A stretch of DNA of 64,000 nucleotides, taken from assembly GCF_009914755.1 (NCBI RefSeq), contig NC_060926.1. One strand, 5' to 3'. This stretch comes from the human T2T-CHM13v2.0 reference genome, Homo sapiens. The position numbers were made by a program, and so were the translations under genes. The notes below the pieces were generated by a model. It was not told the DNA's origin. It did no database searches and saw only the letters and a list, made by a program, of their open reading frames with translations. Positions 57,796 to 64,000 of this stretch are shown piece by piece. Position 1 is the first letter of the stretch, and the number at the start of each line of letters is the position of its first letter.

Positions 57796-58037
57796 AAGGC
57801 AGCAGGGAGAGGAGTGTAGCCATGGTTGTGAGGAGAACCTGCTGAGATGAGCTTTGTGAGTGAGCCTGTGCTTTTGGAGGGGAGATGAAGGCGGCTTGGG
57901 TAGGGGATCTCAAACCCACCTGGGCAAAGCCAGACCCCCCTTGGAATGGGTTTCCATTCACAAGTTGAGGAGGGCAATGCCTGCGCCAGTGAAAGAGGAA
58001 CTCTCACGGAGGAAACAGGCAGATCCTCATCACCCTT

Positions 58038-58098
58038 CAGCTCCTCATGGGCAGCTCCTCATGGGCAGCTCCTCATGGGCAGCTCCTCATGGGCAGCT
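58038..58098 (+). repeat. Perfect 14-bp tandem repeat CAGCTCCTCATGGG x4.4
   Basis: Four identical copies plus cagct. Confidence 0.97.
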
Positions 58099-61000
58099 TG
58101 GCCTGAGTGAGGAGGACCCCCGAGTCCACCTGGGAAATCTCGGCCACCTGCTGGAGGGGGCAGCTTTAGGGCTTCAGGGCTAAAGAAGTAGGATAACTAG
58201 GGCCAGGATTGTAGGGAGAAGGGAGCGCATGCTCAGTGACAGACCCAGGCTGAGTGTGAACGACCCAATCCCCTCCACACAGCCCTTTTCCCCAAATCAC
58301 TCACATGCCTGCCCCCCTCAGCCCTGAACACCCAACCCCAGCCTGCACAGAAGACCTGCAGCCTGGAAGCAGGCAGGCTCGGAGCCCTGCAAGGGTTGGG
58401 GGTTGGCTCTGTCCATCTTTGGATCCCCACCCCCAGCCCTGTCCAAGACATTTGTCCTCAAAGGAGCTTTATTTGGTCTTCTCTCCATTTTTGTGCAAGC
58501 CTAGTGAGAAGCCATGGCCAGCAAGAGGAAGCAACAGCCACCTGCTTGGAACTCATTTGAGAGGGGCTGAAATAGGCCACCTGTTCCCAGGCTTCCCTCC
58601 CACGCAGTAGGTCACAGAGTCTGGCCACTAGGAGAAGGTCCGAGAATGTTAAGGTTTGAAGAGACCTAAGAGCCTAACCTTCCAGCGGAAGCCTCTGTCC
58701 CTCCAGGCTGGGGCAAAGAGGGCTGACCCCAGGTGGCAGCACGCGGGTCACATTTGATTCACATGATTTGGCCTCTGGTGAGCCTAAGCGCTGTGGAGCA
58801 AGGGGTGGGAGTTCCCACTCAGGAGTAAGACTGCCGGGATCTAAATCCCGGTTCTGCCACTTCCTATCTGAAAAACACATGCCTCAGTTTCCTTCTCTAT
58901 GAAACACAGCCCCATCGCCAGGCTGAGTGCAGACTCTTTGGGGCAGATCCTTCACCAGCCCATTTTGCAGATGAGGAAACTGAGGTGAATGAGCCGGCAC
59001 TGTGACCCCACGTGCTTCATTCTAAGCATAGAGATCTTGCCGCTTCAGCAAGCCAACTTCCTTCCCCAGGGAAGGCTGGGAAACAGTAACTGGAGAAGGG
59101 GGCAGGAGGGTCTCTGCCTGGGTGCAAGGCTCAAGGCTGGCCAGTCCTGCCATTCTTCTTGCCTCTGGTTTTTCCGAATTCTGCCTCTCCCTCTGGAAAG
59201 CCATTGCAGGCAGGGCACTCCCAAGCCTCGTTTACAAAATTATAAGCTTCCTTTGTCCCCAGTCTCCTCTGGTTACAATAACACTCATCAGCTCTCCAGA
59301 GCTTTCAGGGGCATGGAAAATGTGACTTCACTCCTCAAGGATTTCTGATTTAACAAAATGGCATTGGGGAAAGAAAATGAAAAAGAATGTCTCTGTCCAT
59401 CCCTGATAGAAAAGGCAATAGGGCTCCAGCCTCCCAGCCCAGAGTCAAGAGCCAAGAGCTCCCAGAGGGTCCAGAAGGCACAGACAGGGGACCCTCAATC
59501 CCCCTTGGACCCCACAGACTGGAAATCAGCCTCTCTGGGTGGGGCCTAAGGGGAAAAGGGAGGGAAAGGGTCACTGAAGACAGGTGCCAAAGGCAGGAAA
59601 TAAATACATCCTGTCTTGCCATTCCCCAATTTGACAACTTTATTATTCCTGTCCTTCTTTATTCAGTCAGTCCATCAGTCACTTGTCCTAAGTGCTTAAA
59701 ATGAGTGACTCTGGTGTCCAACCACCTGGGATAGTATTCTGGCTCTGCCATCTTTCCAAGCCTCAGTTTTCTCATCTGCAAAATAGAGACAATGTAGTCT
59801 GGACTTTATAGAGCTGCTGTGAAAACTAATGAGATACCATGCTAAGGGCTTCACACCATGCCAGCAGATCAGAAGCTCTCAAGACATGGTAGCTCTTGGT
59901 GCTGTCACTCATGGGAATTGCAAAGCTTTGTCAAGCAGAGCAATGTGTCTGAGGCTGGACTGTTGGGAGTACCCATCTCATGGCACCTGCAGTCTAGAGA
60001 CCCAGCCCTGGAGGCTCCTAGCTGGCCCATTACTTTAAGTCCTGAACACCAGGGCTAGTCTAATAGGTAGACTGGCAGGGTAAGGAGAAGGGCTTAGTGA
60101 GTGCTTGCTGCATACAAGACGCTGTGCAGGTGCTAAGGAAAATTCAGAAATAGCAACTATAAATCAAACTCCACGATTTCAGGTATATGAGAAATATAAT
60201 TTTCAAAAAAATTATTTAAGTCAAGTTAAATCCATCTCTGAGCCCCCATCCCACCTGAGACAGCAAATTTTGTCCTGGTCATTAATGGAACCCGCCCATC
60301 CTCTCTCTCACCAGCATCACTGGAAGGGGTGCATGCGTGGTCACTGGCCATTTGTCCCCACTGGTTACACTGAGATAACTGATGCAAGGCCACACAGTAC
60401 CCAGGAGCCCAGGGGCTCTGCTGCTTCTGTGCCAAACAGTGCCAGAGAAAGCTAGTCACAGACACATCACACTGTCAGCCCACTCTGAGGTCCTGCCCAC
60501 CCTGGGCATTGACAGGGAAAAGGGTGCTCTGCCTCCGGGACTCTTCCCTCAAAGGCACTCACATCTCAAAGAACTCAGGCTCCCAGAAAGGAAGAAAAAA
60601 GAAAAGAAAGCAATTCCTACTCCCTGGCCTGCAGCAGCAAGTCTCCCAAAGCAGGGATCTCAAAGGAGCAGGCTGTTTACATGGGGGGAGTTGGGGGCAG
60701 TAGAGACAAAAATATAAGGATAACAGAAAATGAATCGTCGTATCTCAGAGACGGCCCCTCTAAAGAGGTGACTTCCAGGGGCTCCCAACAAGACACCTGC
60801 ACCCCCTCCACCTTCTACCCCTACCCCATCACCCGCAGGCAGAGGAAGCAGCAAACCACATAGTGACATTTCAGGACTAACAAAAAGCCCTCCAGGAAGT
60901 AAATCAATCTCCCCCAAGCTTCCTGAACACCTACACTCTCCTTCATCTAAGGCAGATGTCCTGAAGAGGTCTCTGCTGAAAGGGATCAGTTGACTTATCA

Positions 61001-61811
61001 CTGTCACCTTGCTGAGGCCAGGGCAACAGGGAAGATAAGTGTTGACTGGGAAGCAATACTTATCCAAGAAAGAAATGGGTATTTAATACCTACTAGGTAC
61101 CACCAGGTGATTTCACAAACAACCTACCTGTTCATCACAACCACGCAAAATGAGTGCTTCATTCCCCGTTATTGATGAGGAAACAAAGGTCCTGAGAGAG
61201 GGGCCAAGGTCACAGAGCTGTATTATGACAAAGCTGGGAACACTCAGCCAATATTTAATAATAATACTATCACTTAGGGTACTATTATCATTCCCATTTT
61301 ACAGAAGAGACTCTGAGGCACAGCAATTAAATTACCTGTAAGGGCCAAGAAGGGTGCCCCTGAGGCCTGGGCTGTTGATCCCCTCATTTTTCTGCCTCTG
61401 CATGAGAAGCAACTGGTTGGAAAGTCCCACCAGTTCTGAGAATTCATGTTCTGCCCGGATTCCTGCAAATGAGTAGGGAAGCACGACCAAGGATTCTGGT
61501 AGCTTTGCATAGGACTTAAAGACTCACATTATTTTGAAATACAGTTTTGTAAAAAATAAAAATACAAATATTTAGAAACCAATTAAAGAGTATTGCTTTG
61601 GGGAGCAAAAGACAAAAACCCCCCGTGCCTCACTGTCTCCTCCCACTCACCCCCCGCATCAATTCAATGGCCTGGAATCCCTGCCTCTTCTGTTCAATAA
61701 ACAGAGATGGCTCTAAAGAGAGGACCCAATGTGCTGAGCAGTCTTGGATAAAGAACACCGACAGTCAGAGATGGAAAGATACCTTCGTCGGACAGATGAG
61801 AAAACTGAGGT

Positions 61812-62091
61812 CCGCATGACGGAGCGACTTGCCCAGGGTCAGGCACCTGCGTAGGCACCTGGACACATATGCGTGTGCACGCACGCAAGGCCGCGCACGC
61901 TGGGCTCTGGCCGGCACGGCCCTCACGTGCCCTCACGCACGTATGCCCCGCATGGGTTCCCCCAGCGAGCTATCCCTGCGCCCACCCCTTCCCCTGCCCG
62001 GGCCTCCGGAGCTGCTCACACGCAGGTGAAGACTGCCCCCTGGTGGGCGGGAGCCCTCGGGAGGCCCGCAGGCCCAGCGTCCTGCGCCCGT
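61812..62091. promoter_or_regulatory. Small orphan CpG island
   Basis: About 27 CpG in ~280 bp by hand count, very GC-rich, not Alu-derived (only the left edge overlaps a MIR). Confidence 0.7.
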
Positions 62092-62424
62092 AATCCCTCA
62101 AAGGGGCTTCTCTGGAATCACCCCCAGGCCCTGGGGCCAGGATCGAGGCTGCTCTGGGAACTGGGCTTACACGGGTGTGGGTGGGGACCTCTGGGATCTT
62201 AGAACCAGGAAAATAATAAAGCAGAGGCTTGATGTTGCAAGTTTAGTTCCTGGAAGCTGATTGAAATGGAGATGAGCAACAGGAAAGTTTTTTGGGGGGG
62301 GTTTCTAGAGATCAACACCTCTTCCAAGGAAGGGACACAACCAGGGCTGGGCAGAGAACGTGGGCTGCAGCACAGTCACCTGAAGGCCGGGAGCATGGAA
62401 GTTAGGTTGGCCCTCTGGGACTAA

Positions 62425-62512
62425 CAGGTTTAGCAAACAAAAATACAGGATGCCCAGTTAAATTTGAATTTCAGATACATGTGAAAGTTTTTTGTATAAA
62501 TATGTTCCGTGC
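62425..62512. mobile_element. MER53-like hAT MITE, half element
   Basis: ttagcaaacaaaaatacaggatgcccagttaaatttgaatttcagata. Confidence 0.75.
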
Positions 62513-62608
62513 AAGGAGAGGAGAGTGTCTGTGCAAAAGGGTGGGAGTTGGGGGGTTGTGGTGATGGAGACTGCTTACATATAGAGAGATGGAACAAAAC
62601 AGGTAAAA

Positions 62609-62954
62609 CAGTCACCCACCACATTCGTGGTTTCTGTGGATTAAACCAACTGTGGATTGAAAATATTGGGGGAAAAATGGCTGGTTACAACTGTACCAAA
62701 CATGTACAGGCTTTTTTTTCTTGTCATTATTTCCTAAACAATATAGTATGACAATTATTTATGTAGCATTTACATTGTGTTTTGTATTACAAGTAACCTA
62801 GAGGTTACAGGAGGATGTGTGTAGGTTACAGGAGGATGTGTGTAAGTTACATGCAAATACTATACCGTTTTACATAAGGTATTTGAGCATCCATGGATTT
62901 TGGCATCTGAGGGAGTTCTGGAACAAATCCCCCATGGATACTGAGGGACAACTG
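62609..62954. mobile_element. Tigger3a/MER7-like TcMar-Tigger element with an internal 21-bp tandem duplication (62802-62843)
   Basis: cagtc..ggattaaaccaactgtggattgaaaatatt ... cccatggatactgagggacaactg followed by TA. Confidence 0.8.
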
Positions 62955-63145
62955 TACTAGGGATAATAGGAGCCACGTTTCTCATTACTGGAAATGAGAG
63001 TAGGAAATATGGAAAAAAGAAAAGAAGAATAAACCCAGTGGAATTAGAGATATTGGTGTGAGCTCAGTTTGCAATATGTAGAGGTATAAAAATACAGATA
63101 TAAATGCATGAAGGACTATATGGACTGTATGTTTGTATGTAGAAC

Positions 63146-63515
63146 TATTGTGGACTGCATATTTATATCCCTCTCCCAAATTCATATATTTAAACCCTAA
63201 CCCCCAACGGCATAATATTAGGAAGTTGAGCATTTGGAAGGCAGTTAGATTTAGATGAGGTTATGAGGGTAGAGATCCCCATGATTGGACTGTGTCTTTT
63301 AATAAGACAGAGAGACTAGAGCTTGTTGTCTCTACTATGTGGGGATACAGTGAGAAGATGGTCATCTGCAAACCAGGAAGTGGGCCTTCACCAGACATGG
63401 ACTCTGCACCCTGATCTTGGACTTCCCAGACTCCAGAATTGTAAGAAATGCATTTCTGTTGTTTAAGCCACCTAGTCTACGGTATCTTGTTATAGAAGCC
63501 CAGACTGACTAAGAA
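63146..63515 (+). mobile_element. MLT1A-type LTR
   Basis: tgtggactg..ccaaattcatat..ttagatgaggttatgagggt..tgttgtttaagccacctagtctacggtat..gactaaga. Confidence 0.88.
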
Positions 63516-63631
63516 AATGACTCTAGATATAAAGTTGGAATGTGTGTGTGTATAGTTTGCTTGTATGTATGTATATCTATATCTACATATGTAGATATAT
63601 GAGGATATATGTAGAGATACATATATTCTCT

Positions 63632-63878
63632 TTTTTTTATTATTATTATACTTTAAGTTTTAGGGTACATGTGCACAATGTGCGGGTTAGTTACATATGT
63701 ATACATGTGCCATGCTGGTGTGCTGCACCCATTAACTCGTCATTTAGCATTAGGTATATCTCCTAATGCTATCCCTCCCCCACTCCCCCTACCCCACAAG
63801 AGTCCCCAGAGTGTGATGTTCCCCTTCCTGTGTCCATGTGTTCTCATTGTTCAATTCCCACCTATGAGTGAGAACAGG
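63632..63878 (-). mobile_element. 5'-truncated young L1PA (L1PA2/3-type) 3' end
   Basis: ttattatactttaagttttagggtacatgtgcacaatgtgc..cattaactcgtcatttagcattaggtatatctcc; perfect 12-bp TSD catatattctct at 63620-63631 and 63879-63890. Confidence 0.93.
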
Positions 63879-64000
63879 CATATATTCTCTATCTCTACTG
63901 CGAAGATGTAGGGATGGCAACACCCTAATAACAATGACCACATTCCTTGGTTTCTAAATACCATTCTGTGCTAAAAGAAACCAGAGCTCCTTGTAGAAAT

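Noticed and set aside
57325-58007. Longest ORFs in the window (214, 176 and 154 aa, minus strand)
   Set aside because: Translations of the CT-rich strand of a degenerate GA repeat; low complexity.

Overview
Primate (human-like) genomic DNA, apparently intergenic or intronic: AluY/AluS, L1PA, THE1/MST/MLT1 LTRs, MIR, L2 and hAT/Tigger DNA-transposon fossils are present. I find no intact protein-coding exon; the ORF track is noise from repeats and low-complexity DNA. The only gene-derived feature is an old, intronless, heavily frameshifted retrocopy of the non-gastric H+/K+-ATPase alpha subunit (ATP12A) at 1-~2385. It continues off the left edge, lacks ~150 internal codons and carries an AluY. 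I did not find a convincing new multi-gene system. The most interesting signals are: a 17 x 40-bp minisatellite that appears to be built from a MIR (28.6-29.3 kb); a non-tandem ~240-bp templated duplication at an Alu insertion site inside a MER45-type element (32.3-33.5 kb); a small orphan CpG island dense in AHR/HIF-type (bHLH-PAS) motifs (61.8-62.1 kb); a (GAA)20 compound repeat between inverted Alus (55.6-55.9 kb); and several CpG-retaining or motif-rich candidate enhancers. Repeat subfamily names come from remembered consensus sequences and need RepeatMasker/Dfam confirmation. Many short MIR/L2 fragments are not listed.
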